Assembly: GCA_003971905.1 (NCBI GenBank)
Contig: RSEE01000064.1
Location: 124,001-188,000, forward strand
From: Moniliella sp. 'wahieum'
Lineage: Eukaryota
DNA length: 64,000 nucleotides
Direction: 5' to 3'
Shown: piece after piece, positions 40,101 through 50,537 of the stretch
Position numbering within the stretch: the stretch's first letter is position 1
Layout: each line of letters begins with the position of its first letter
Made by a program: the position numbers and the translations under genes
The notes under the pieces: model-generated
Databases searched by the model: none
What the model was told of the DNA's origin: nothing
What the model saw: the letters and a program-made list of their open reading frames with translations, nothing else

Positions 40101-41851
40101 TTACGCCGGGGCCTCGGGTTCAAACCAGAGAGGCGGTACGCCCCGTTCCGACGACTTGGACATGAGGCTGACCCATGTCTGCAGCCCCGAAGGTGTGGCC
40201 AGGAGCTCGGCCTTAGCTTGTGCATAGGCGACCGATAAAGGGGCTCGGGGGGGTAACGGTCCACTGATCGACGCGGCTTTGGGCGGGAATCGGCCACCGG
40301 GAATTTTGCGCGCTGCGCCCAAGTTGGTGGCGGCGCGAAGGAATCGGCCATTGGAGGCCTGTTGTGCCAGGGGAACCACCGAAAAAAAGGGTCTCGGCCA
40401 GGGGCAGTCCACTCCAAAACGTCCATCTTTACGTCGGTAGGTCGGACAGGGACCGAGTCAAAGGAAGGAAGGGTCTTGTGAGGAGGTGGGATCGTATCTG
40501 CGGGCGAAGTGGGCTGCCGTTCGGACGAAGCCGGATCCAAAGAGGGAAGGGATGGCTTGGTAGTAGTGGGTGTGGATACTTCCATTTTGACGTTCTCTTG
40601 GTCCCCATGAGCGTTGTCTGAGGATGCCCTGCGGGAAAACTGGTCTTGTACAGCGAGCGGCGACCCTTTACTGGGCGTAGAGGCCGGAGAACCAGCTTCT
40701 TTTCCCAGCTGCTCGTGCAGACGCGGAGATGGTTGGTCCGGCGGCCGCATGGCAGAGTCGGACCGTGGAGGCAATGCCGGCGGGGGTTCTAACGAAATGA
40801 TAGGCGTGGGAAGCGAGCGGGCACTGTCCAGAGACGCCTCTCTGAGCTCCAAAACGGAGGTACTGGACCCTGGGTGTTGCAAATGGCCACGTTTGGCCTG
40901 TGCGCGCGCTTTGGCCCGCGCGCGGGCTTCATGTAGCGTACGGGGACGATTGGGGTTGCGGGCGTCCGCTTCGGCTTCGAGGGCAGCCAGGACACGCAAC
41001 TGTTCCGCCGTTGCGGATGCCTCTTCGACTGGTGGAGCAGGCGTGCGGGAAGGAGGGGTGCTCGCCACGCTCGTCATAGTCACCCCGCGTTTGCGCGGGG
41101 GGCGAGTGAGCACCTCCTCGTGCGTGTCCGCATCCGAGCCATACTCCGAGCCTGAGCTGAGCGAGGGCGCGTGGTGCGGCGCACTAGAAGTGGAAACGGT
41201 TGTGACAGTGTGCGACGGGGCGTGAGACGAGCCAGAGGATAAAGCAGCAAACTGGGAAGTGAGCCTCGCTGTCCCCCGCTCCCCTTCGGCCGTCGAGTCA
41301 CCGGCGGGCACAACGACGGGAGGAGGATGGGTCTGACTGGGGTTGCTGGTGTGAGCCAATGAGGAAGGGGCAGGGAGTCCTGGTTGGAGTACTCGCTGCC
41401 CGAGTCGTCGCTCGTCATCGGACCACGCATCTGAGGCTCGAGAGGCGGGGGGGCAAAAGAAGGGGAGGTGTGTCCTGGGGCCCAGACGCTGGCCCGACGG
41501 CTGGAGCGACGGCTGGAACAACAGCTGGACCGGCGGGACCAGCGAAGGCGGGATGGGGCTGAGGGTGCCAGTGTGGCCGAGGGAGGCGCGGTGGGAGGCG
41601 TCGGTGCTGCTAGCACCGCTCATGGCGCTGAAGCGGTCGAAGGAAGCAGGGGAGATGCCGAGGCCGTCGCCATAGTCGGAGGGGGAGCTGAGCGAGGGCA
41701 GGGGCAGCTGGTGCAGCGCTGCCGGCGCCAACGACACGGCGGCGGGGGGGCTGGGGGACTGGGCATAGGCGTCCTGGGCCGAGGCGAGAAAGTAGTCGCC
41801 GCCCTGTGGACGCGGCACCGCCAACGGAGTGGCGGCGTTGTGGTCGTCCAT
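40101..41851 (-). CDS. Hypothetical Ser/Pro-rich protein (3' end approximate)
   Basis: Long ORF from MDDHNAATP (41851) with helical islands (EQLRVLAALEAEADARNPNRPRTLHEARARAKARAQ). A probable frameshifted C-terminus reads YAQAKAELLATPSGLQTWVSLM...EAPA*. Confidence 0.55.
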
Positions 41852-41968
41852 CCCAGCGGCAAGGCGATGGTGGCGACGGGAGACGGCGGCGGGCAGGAGG
41901 TATGTGGGGCGCGTGGCGCAGCAGCCCACCCGCGCGCCTGCGCTTCTCTTCTCAAACACACAAAAAGC

Positions 41969-42058
41969 TTCCCCAACCGGGAGTCGAACCCGGGTCTTCA
42001 CGGATCAGTCGAACAGCGACTTGAAAGCGTGACATCATAGCCGTTGGACCATTGAGGA
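41969..42058 (-). tRNA. tRNA-Glu (anticodon TTC) with 18-nt intron
   Basis: Reverse complement is TCCTCAA-TGGTCCAACGGCTATGATG-TCACG-CTTTCA[AGTCGCTGTTCGACTGAT]C-CGTGA-AGAC-CCGGGTTCGACTCCCGG-TTGGGGA-A. The acceptor, anticodon and T stems pair, the intron is at canonical 37/38, and a T5 terminator follows. Confidence 0.95.
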
Positions 42059-42473
42059 GTTATGATGTTGTCGCCACACAGGAAATATCCGTGGTGACGG
42101 GAGCATGGAAATCAACACCTTTTACTTTCTCTCGAGCGCACCCTCTTCCATGGACTATCGGAGTCGCACTCCATTCGATAAGATGATAGCCCCGGTCCCC
42201 TGCGCCGAACACTCCATATACATAGAATACTTCAATCATTCGATGTCATTCGGCCGAAACAAAACCCCAGCCAGGTCATCGAAAGCAAGCCCTGCATAGC
42301 AGCTTGAGCCAATAACCGAAGGGAAAGTGAGACACGGTGGCGAGCAGCACCAAGCTTGCTGGATAATCGATAAATGGCGGGCGAATCCAATCGTTGTCCA
42401 CGCACATTTTCCTCATCGCAACAAAGGCGAGATTGACCAGAGGCAAGCGGCGCCCTTCCTCCTTTCCCATCCT

Positions 42474-43837
42474 TCAAATCCCACCGCCCTCCAGTAGGAG
42501 CGTCACAGCCGCCTCAACGCTCCCGCCACTGATCAACAACGCCCGCAAGTTGGCCGGTCCATTCGTAAAGCCCATTCCCTGCAACTGGGCAAGCTCGTTG
42601 GAATACCGTTCCTCGGGGGGGCGAGAATCACCAGCGGCTGCACCAGCGCCCGCGCCTGCGCCCGCAGCCCCGGCCAAGCCTCCCAGGCCACCCAGGCCTC
42701 CAAGACCGCCCAACCCACCGGGGCCACCCATGCCGCCAAAATCGCCAAACGGAAAGGGCGGGAAGGCGTTCTCAGTACCAGGAACACGGCCTGCTCCGGC
42801 GCCCAAAGCGTGAAGAACTCGCTCGAACGACTCCTCCGGGCCTGGTGCGCCAGGCCCTGCGTTGGCCGCGCCTCCCGCACCCGCAGCACCCGTGGCAGGC
42901 GCCTCGGTGCTCCCCGGCGTCCCAGCGGCCGGGTTGGCGGGGGGGGCAAAAGTAGGCCATTGAGCTGCTCCGGGCGCTCCACCGCCTGTCGCCGGCGGAG
43001 CGCCAAACAAGCCCGAGCCAAAGGGACCAAAGCCAGGCATGCCACCTGCACCCATGGCCCCTGCCATCTGTTGACTCCGCCGCATCATCTCAGGGTTGGT
43101 GAGCATTTCGCGGAACTGTTCCGACTGAAGCATCGTCTCCAGCATGCACGGTACGGCCGCATCTGCGGCCGCATCACCAGGATCTGATCCACAATGCCCG
43201 GCTGGGCCAAGGCCTCGCGCGCTTGCGCTTGAAAGTTGGAATCCTCCATCAAGTTCATCATAAAGTTCGGGTCCGAGGGTTGCCCTCCATTCCGGCAAAC
43301 GGATTGAGCGCAGCCATGTGCGGGCCAGCCAGATCAGGCCGGTTGAGCGCGGCAAGCGGGTTGTTGGTAAATGTCTGACCGGCCGAACGTGCTGGGCACC
43401 CCACGTGCCTCGGCCCGCTCGGCTGCGCTTGCAGCTGGAGAGGCAGCTGCCGACGGTGAGTGAGCAGCCGCCGGGGCGGGCGCGGCGGCAGCGGGCGTGG
43501 TGGTGGCGGCACTGCTTCCGGTGGCGCTGGGCGGGCCACGGGAGCGGACCATGTGGATGGTATGACCGCCCTGGATATTGTACTTTTCCAGCAAAACGTC
43601 GTCCTTGAGCACCTTGCCACCATAGATGAGGCGGAGAGAGGCAACGGGGAAATCGGGCTTGGCACGCTCGATGGCTTGCTTCAGCTTGCGCACCGGCGCA
43701 GCGAGTCCGATCTGGATGGGCAACTGCAGCCCGGCAGGGCCCTTGATGGTCAGAGACACGAGCTCGCCCTCGTCGTCCGAGGCGTCGGCAGCGGCGGCGG
43801 CGGGGGGAGGAGTGTTGGTGTCCGCGTCGGCGGGCAT
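42474..43837 (-). CDS. DSK2: Ubiquilin / UBL-STI1-UBA shuttle factor
   Basis: UBL (LRLIYGGKVLKDD..Y.IQGGHTIHMV), STI1-like (MLQSEQFREMLTNPEMMR) and UBA (RPPEERYSNELAQLQGMGFTN...NLRALLISGGSVEAAVTLL). Confidence 0.93.
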
Positions 43838-44177
43838 GGTGGGGGGGTGGAGGTGTTTGGTTGGTGGCCGAGAAACAGCGGCAGGGGGGACGCACGCAGC
43901 CACATCGCCGAGCCTTGCCTGGGGCGTACGTCGCCGATGTGAACGTTTGGACATTGAACATTGAATCGTCGAGCGAGCCACGCGGCTCCGGCTGGAACGG
44001 CGCCAAGCCAGCCAGACACGTGACATGGAAGTGTGACGTGGCACCCACCCTTCTCTTGCCGTGTGGCGCACCTCGAATATTGCACCACACAGCCTAGGCG
44101 GCAGCCAGCGCATCGCCCCCGCTCAAGACGCAGCCCTGCCGGGGCCACCGCCACCACCACCTCCCCCCGCCCCCGCC

Positions 44178-44967
44178 ATGGCCTCCACACGCCTGCTGCT
44201 GGCCGCCGCGCTGGCCGTTGCCTCCCTTCTGCTCTCTGCCTCGGCCCACATGATCGAGTTTGACCCGCCAGGCATGCAGCGCCAGTGCTTCTTTGAGGAC
44301 CTGCACATCGGCGACCAAATGACCCTCACCTGGCAGTCCGGCTCCGAACACGCCGACTACCTGGCGATGGATGTGTGGTTCCGACCCGCAGGGCACATGC
44401 TCTACCAGCTCTGGAAGGAAGACACTGGCTCCTACTCCTTCACCGCCAATGCCGACGGGCGATACGAGTACTGCTTCCACGACCCCGAGCATGGCCATGT
44501 CGAGCACGACAAGACAGTTAGGTATGTGGTTGCGGACCTCCCGAGCTTAATGCCGCCAGCTTCATTCTGACACCCTTCCCCTTCCCCCCCTGGTGTGACT
44601 TCCCTCTTGGACGTCTTTTGGTGCGGCAGCTTCAATGTGCATGGCGTCATGTATGTTGCCGACGAAGGCCTCATGTCGCCATTGGAAAAAGAGGTGCGCG
44701 AGTTGGCAGAGGGGATGCGGTCAGTCAAGGACGAGCAAGAGTACCTTGTTGTTCGTGATCGGATGCACCAACGCACAGCCGAGAGCACACGCCGCAGAGT
44801 CGGTTGGTGGTCCCTGATCCAAGGCATCATGCTCTGCAGCGTGGTGGGCGTCCAATCTTTTTCATCAAACAGTACGTCCCCCCTGGCCCCCTCTCTGGTC
44901 GGCCCAAAACTTGCTCAGCTAACGTATCCTCCTTCCAAGTCACTTTGAAGTCCGGCGCCAGATCTAA
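44178..44967 (+). CDS. EMP24: emp24/gp25L/p24 GOLD-domain cargo receptor (p24-beta-like); introns 44522-44629 and 44872-44939
   Basis: Signal peptide, QCFFEDL, GRYEYCF, KTVSFNVHG, VKDEQEYLVVRDRMH..TAEST..RV.WWS, a TM segment, and tail HFEVRRQI*. Confidence 0.88.
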
Positions 44968-45196
44968 TCATACTCCCTGTTGCCATGGCCACTGCCCTCG
45001 AATCCGTCCCCCTCGCTCTTTGAGCCCCTACAGATGAACCTGCAGCGGTCCGGTCTTCCGCATATGTACCTACCTATATACTTGTCTCTACCCATCCCTC
45101 GCCTCCCATTTAACATCCCACTCTCTTCCAGCCGGCAGAGAAGTTACCAGCACCTCTTCATCCTAAGAGTTCATGGGGATCGAAATATGCATCTGC

Positions 45197-46191
45197 TCAC
45201 AGCTCGGCCAGTAGCATCGCACCCAACGACTGCACGACCTGGTCGCCCATAGCGTTCTCCACTTGGTCCTCCAGGTGACGTTTGGGATCTTGTTGCCCAC
45301 GTGCCTCGTCTTGAGCTGTTCGGGAGTGAGCGTGCTCTCCTCCTGCACCGACTTGTTGTACTCTTCCGATAGCTTGAGCATCCGCTCAATCGCCTTGGTG
45401 TTGCCCTCCTTGTGTGCACCCCAGTCGCGCAAGCGTAGACCCTCGGTCCAGTTGCGCTTGTGTAGGTTGTTGAGCATGGACTGTTCCAGCTCGGTCTTGC
45501 GGTAGTTGATGGCCAACGAACAGTACTGCCGGTTCAACCCGTGAATCAAGGCTTGGATCGAAGGTTTGTTGAGATGGCCCACATTCGATGTCGTCTGCCG
45601 CGCCTCCTGGCCCAACATCATCGCTTGGCTCGAGATGAGGCGGAACGCATCGATTACGACTTTGCCCTTGACCGACTGGATCGGGTCCACGACCACTGCC
45701 ACCGCACGCGGGTTGAGCTGCTCAAAGCTCTGCTGGGTGTTGCAGTCGACACTCGAGAGCCAACAGCCAAAACCGGGATGAGAATGGTACCACCCCACCA
45801 CCGTTTCAGGTCGGCCAGTTTGCTTGAGCATGTCAAGCATCTTGGCTTGGAACGCTGGGTCCACCGCTTCAACCGACACCCCGGTCCCCGATTGAGGCAT
45901 GGCAAACACATCGATCACCGTCACTGTGTAGTCGTCAACAAACTCGCCCAGCATCAGGCCCATGACTTCCATCGGTACCCCTGCACGGCCATGCTTCAGC
46001 ATCTTGAGCAATGCCAAGGACGAAATGTACACCGTCTCGGCATTGTCGTCTTGCGGCTGGCAACAGTGTCCAGTGTAGCACGTTAGCTCCCGTTCATGTG
46101 TGTCCCCCCTGAGCGCTCCGAAAGAAATACGCACCATCTCGCCCCCAGCAGGGGCGGCGCCCATGTCAGCACCAAATCCACGGAAATCCAT
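45197..46191 (-). CDS. RPN11: 26S proteasome lid deubiquitinase (JAMM/MPN+); intron 46057-46134
   Basis: [51 protein letters not shown] and [16 protein letters not shown]. One late indel precedes QDPKRHLE...LLAEL*. Confidence 0.97.
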
Positions 46192-48233
46192 CGTCAACAA
46201 GTCCAGGCCACAGCTGCTGTCCGGTCGGTGGTGGAGGAGACAATGGTACCGGGACCAACCCCTGGCTCACATCCCCACCGCGTCAGCTAGACGCGTAGGC
46301 GGAATGGGCGGAAATGGCCTCGTATATTTGAACATTGGTTTTTTCGCTGGTTGCCCGTCATGACGTAATAGGGACTGGTGAATGAAATCTAGTGCACAGA
46401 GAGAGCACACCACGCATCAGTCCATCAACCTGATACTTGAGGCTCTCTGTAGTGGATGTTACAGTGGGCGAACTATCTGCTGCTACGAAAGGGGGTCCCC
46501 TCTTCATCGTTTCCGGCATATATATTTTTTGGGATAATTGGCTCGCCTTCTCCATTGCATGACAAGCAGGGGATGAAAATGAGGGTTAACTGGTCCCGCG
46601 TGCCCGCCTCGGCCTTTTCATAACCTGCTGTGATGATCGTCCATGCTCCAGAGGTTTTGGTGTTAGGCCTGTGCCATCATAGGCAATGGGTCCGCTTGCA
46701 GAAGAACCGGGAAAATACATGGATGAGCCAAGAGACTGGCAGAGAAACGGATGCCCGGTTCTTATTAGATGGTGCTTTGGGGAAGTTCCTGTGGGGGTAT
46801 TTTGCCGCACCCTACTAGTATAGTCACAGATATGCATCACGCAGGTTGTCCGCGTGTATTACCTGATGGCACCTTTCTGCTCGGCCTCCCTGTCGGGCCC
46901 GAGGTCCTATAATTGCGGCGGTAAGAACCCCCTTCCAGATATCCCTTTTTCCTGGGTATACATCAAACACAGCTCAACACTCCTCCTCGTTGGGCCAGAG
47001 CTACTCGAACAGTGTGGATCCACATGATCGTGTATGTCCATTGTACGACATTCAATAAGGAGAACTCCCTACTACTATATGTGTAGCAAAAGTAAAATAC
47101 AGCCCAAAAGGTGTATGCACTATGGATACAGATAGCTGGTTTTTACCCACACAGGTTTGCTAGAGGAGGATACGCCTGTGTCAATCAACTCACTGTCTGC
47201 TTCTTTTTCACATTGTGTGGGCAGATGCGAAGAGAGGTCTCTCCCCGTGACCGGGTGACCTGAGGGCCGTCAAGGTACGCGTGATGGTGTCCCTCCACCC
47301 CCGCCCTTGAACTCTGAAAAACGATTATGTTGTCGGATTTACCCCCGTGGGCAAAAGGTACGGCATAGTATTGTTTGCACTCTCGCAGCGAACAAAGCAA
47401 AGAGACAAAAGAAGTTTTTCATCCGCCACCCTTTTCCCCACCCTGTCTCGTATCAAACAGGCAACAGTCTGATCCGCGTGAAGTAGGTATCAGTACCTGA
47501 CAGGGAGTACCATCGTATTTTGAACCCATCACAACATACAGTGAAAAAGGTACAAAGCAATCACATTGTCTCAGCTGTGCCCCCAATGATTAATTAGGGT
47601 AGCCCATACAGTGCCAGCGAGTATAACCATTCGGCCTGCCCAGGAAGGTCCCCACAGCAAATGGCCGTGAAACGCGGGTTCGCGGTACCTTTGAGAAAGG
47701 GATAACCATTTGGCCACGTGACAGAACTACTAGTATAGTCACCAGCACAGTAGGGTTCTAGTTGTTATACCATTGCTACTCCTTGTGGCAACCTGAAGTG
47801 TACAAACGTCTGTCCACTACGGCCCTCGCGTATTTGAGCCTTCTCGCGGCTCCAGGGTGGCACTACCAGACTGTCCTGTGAAAAAGTGCCTTCTGTTTTT
47901 CAATGTTTGCCCGCGGATTTTGCTAACAACTCTGCTCGTCCCCCTGTTGCTCCACTGCGGGTGCTCGGGGTGAGTGGTGGTTCCAGACAAGTCATTTGAC
48001 TTTGGCCTTCAGGCCTCAGGCCTCAGGATGGCTCTGCACCCTTTCTGACGGATACAGTGGCCTCCATGTCCAACATGCACCGTCACGGTTGTCTCTCTTC
48101 TGCACGCGCTGAACTAGGAAAAGAGAGAGCAGTAGCCATATAATCGAGCCCTTTCTCTCTTTTTCTTGCTTGCTTCGATCAGCTTTCTCCGACCTTTTCC
48201 ACAACCCACTTTCCTCTCCAACACACCCACGCC

Positions 48234-49423
48234 ATGTCTGACGCTTCTGACGCTTGCAGCCAAGACCCGCCTTACCAAGGCGGGATCGGTCTCCGAATCG
48301 GATCTATTTTATCATCCTCGCCACTTCCCTCTTCGCGACCATGTTCCCGGTCGTCACCAAGCGCGTCCCCCAGGTTAACATCCCCGTCTGGGCCTACGAC
48401 ATTTGTCGCTACTTTGGCTCAGGTGTCATCTTGGCCACCGCCTTTATGCACTTACTCCAACCTGCTTCTGAGGAACTTGGCTCCCCCTGCCTCAACTCGA
48501 CCTTCCAAGGTTATCCATTCGCGTTTTTCTTCTGCCTCTTCTCAGCCCTGTACGTTCTCCTCCGTCGTCCTCGCCCTCGTCCCATTTCCTCTCTGTCTAT
48601 CATCGCAGCGGTACTGTGACTTGAGAGGGTTGCTATTAACCCGTCATGACTGTTATGTTTCTTTACCGTATACTAGCCTCATCTTTCTCATCGAGATGCT
48701 TGCCTTCCGCTGGGGCGCGAAACTGGCCAACAAGCTGGCTTACGATCCCCACCAGGGTGGACACCACCATGCCGCCGAGCACATCAACCCCCCCTTACTC
48801 CCGTGGGAGAGTACCATTCCTCACCTGTGGAGCCGCCTTCCGATACATCGGTGAAGAGAGATAAGCTCTCAGACGAGGAGAACTGGATTGCGGATGCCGA
48901 CTCGGAGCAACTGGATGCACAGTCAGGCAACGGTGCGTCGCAGATCATTGGTGTCGCTATCCTTGAGTTTGGTGTCATCTTTCATTCGGTCATTATTGGT
49001 CTTACACTTGGCTCCTCCAGTTCCCAGAGCGACTTTATTACGCTCTTTATAGTCATCATCTTTCACCAGATGTTCGAGGGACTGGACTGGGAGTCCGTCT
49101 GGCCTTTTTGCCACTCGAGAAGAGTTCCTGGCTGCCCTTCTAGGCGCATTGGCCTACCCTTGCGTCACCCCCATTGGCGAAGCAATCGGATTGGGCATTC
49201 GGCACACGTACAATGCCAACAGTGCACAGCCAACTACGTTGAAGGTACCCTTGATTCCATCTCGGCTGGCATTCTGTGCTACACAGCCTTTGTCGAGCTG
49301 ATTGCCCACGACTTTGTTTTCAATGACAAGATGCGCAAGGCGCCCATCTGGCTCCTCACCCTCGACATCTTTTATGTCTTCCTAGGTGCAGGGTTGATGG
49401 CATTGCTGGCAAAGTGGGCCTAA
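48234..49423 (+). CDS. ZIP-family zinc (Zn/Fe) permease, Zrt1/Zrt2-like; intron 48550-48676; frameshifts
   Basis: Motifs LRIGSIFIIL, RYFGSGVILATAFMHLL, His-rich loop HQGGHHHAAEH, ILEFGVIFHSVIIG, FHQMFEGL, LDSISAGIL and LMALLAKWA*. Confidence 0.93.
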
Positions 49424-50163
49424 TCCTCTTATTGTGTCTCCCCACATGACACTCAATTGCACTCGAGATTGGTGTTGTACGGGGCTTATCACACCTGTAT
49501 GAACCCACCACAAGGAAAAACATCCCGGCCCCCACCCCAGAAATCACCTTTTTGTCTCTCGATCTCATCCCCCCTCCCCCTCCCCCTTCTCTCCTATTGT
49601 TACGTTTTTGTTTGTTGGTTATGCCATGCGCGAGAGGGCCTACTTTGATATCGCCAGTTCCTGGCGTCTATACACCCCTTCTCGTGGGTTTCCCTTCCCT
49701 TTACTCTCTCACTTCACTTCACTTTGGTGCATGGTCCGTAGGGTTTTTGTGACACCACTGCGATATATGCTTTTGGGACGAATATGAGATAGCTGCAGTG
49801 CTCTTCTCATCATTCAATGATTATGGATAGCGTTTGGAAGACAAGCATCCCCCACGGTTATTAGCGCGAAACACTGGCAGAGAGCCCGTTCGAGAGGCAC
49901 AGAAGATAGATATGTAAAAGGCACACTCACTTATTGACTTGATGTGTTGGCATAGTCGCTGAATAGATTCCAGTGGGTCGTTTTCACTTTTCTTTTCGAG
50001 GTCGGAACCACAGCCAGAGGCGGCGCTTTTCCACAGCTCTCTCCCTCTGATCTCCAACTTGTTTTGAGGGTTGGCGGTGGCAGGCTGAAGGTATGTATTG
50101 TGTGAAGGGTCGTGCAAGTCTGGACGGCAGTTGGATGGCAAAATGGAAAAATAAACGTAAGGA

Positions 50164-50235
50164 TGGACGAACAGGGAATTGAACCCCGGACCTCATGCAT
50201 GCTAAGCAAGCGCTCTACCCCTGAGCTATCCGCCC
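50164..50235 (-). tRNA. tRNA-Ala (anticodon AGC)
   Basis: Reverse complement is GGGCGGATAGCTCAGGGGTAGAGCGCTTGCTTAGCATGCATGAGGTCCGGGGTTCAATTCCCTGTTCGTCCA (72 nt), with the G3:U70 alanine identity pair and A and B boxes. Confidence 0.95.
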
Positions 50236-50537
50236 ATGATGGACGTGGGTCTGTTACTTGAGTAGGGTTAGTGGTCACGTGCACCCAAACCCAGTAGCAG
50301 GGTTGACTGGTTGGTTACGCCGTACGACCGGCCAAGAGCCGCAATGGCCGATGGCCACCCACCAATGCTCCCGCGGAGCAGCGTGTGCTGAGCCTGCGAG
50401 CCTGCGCTGAGACGAGGCGGATCGATCGATCGCTGATCAGATACCGAGTGCGCTGGCTTGCATGCACACGAGCAGCACTCACATCTCGTCGCCACCACCA
50501 CCTCGCCATCGCCACCGCCACGCGTCCTCTCTCCATC

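Noticed and set aside
46350..48200. Lower-GC block as a transposon relic or foreign insert
   Set aside because: No transposase or RT-like ORF, terminal repeats or target-site duplication was seen. It is better explained as the RPN11/ZIP divergent promoter.
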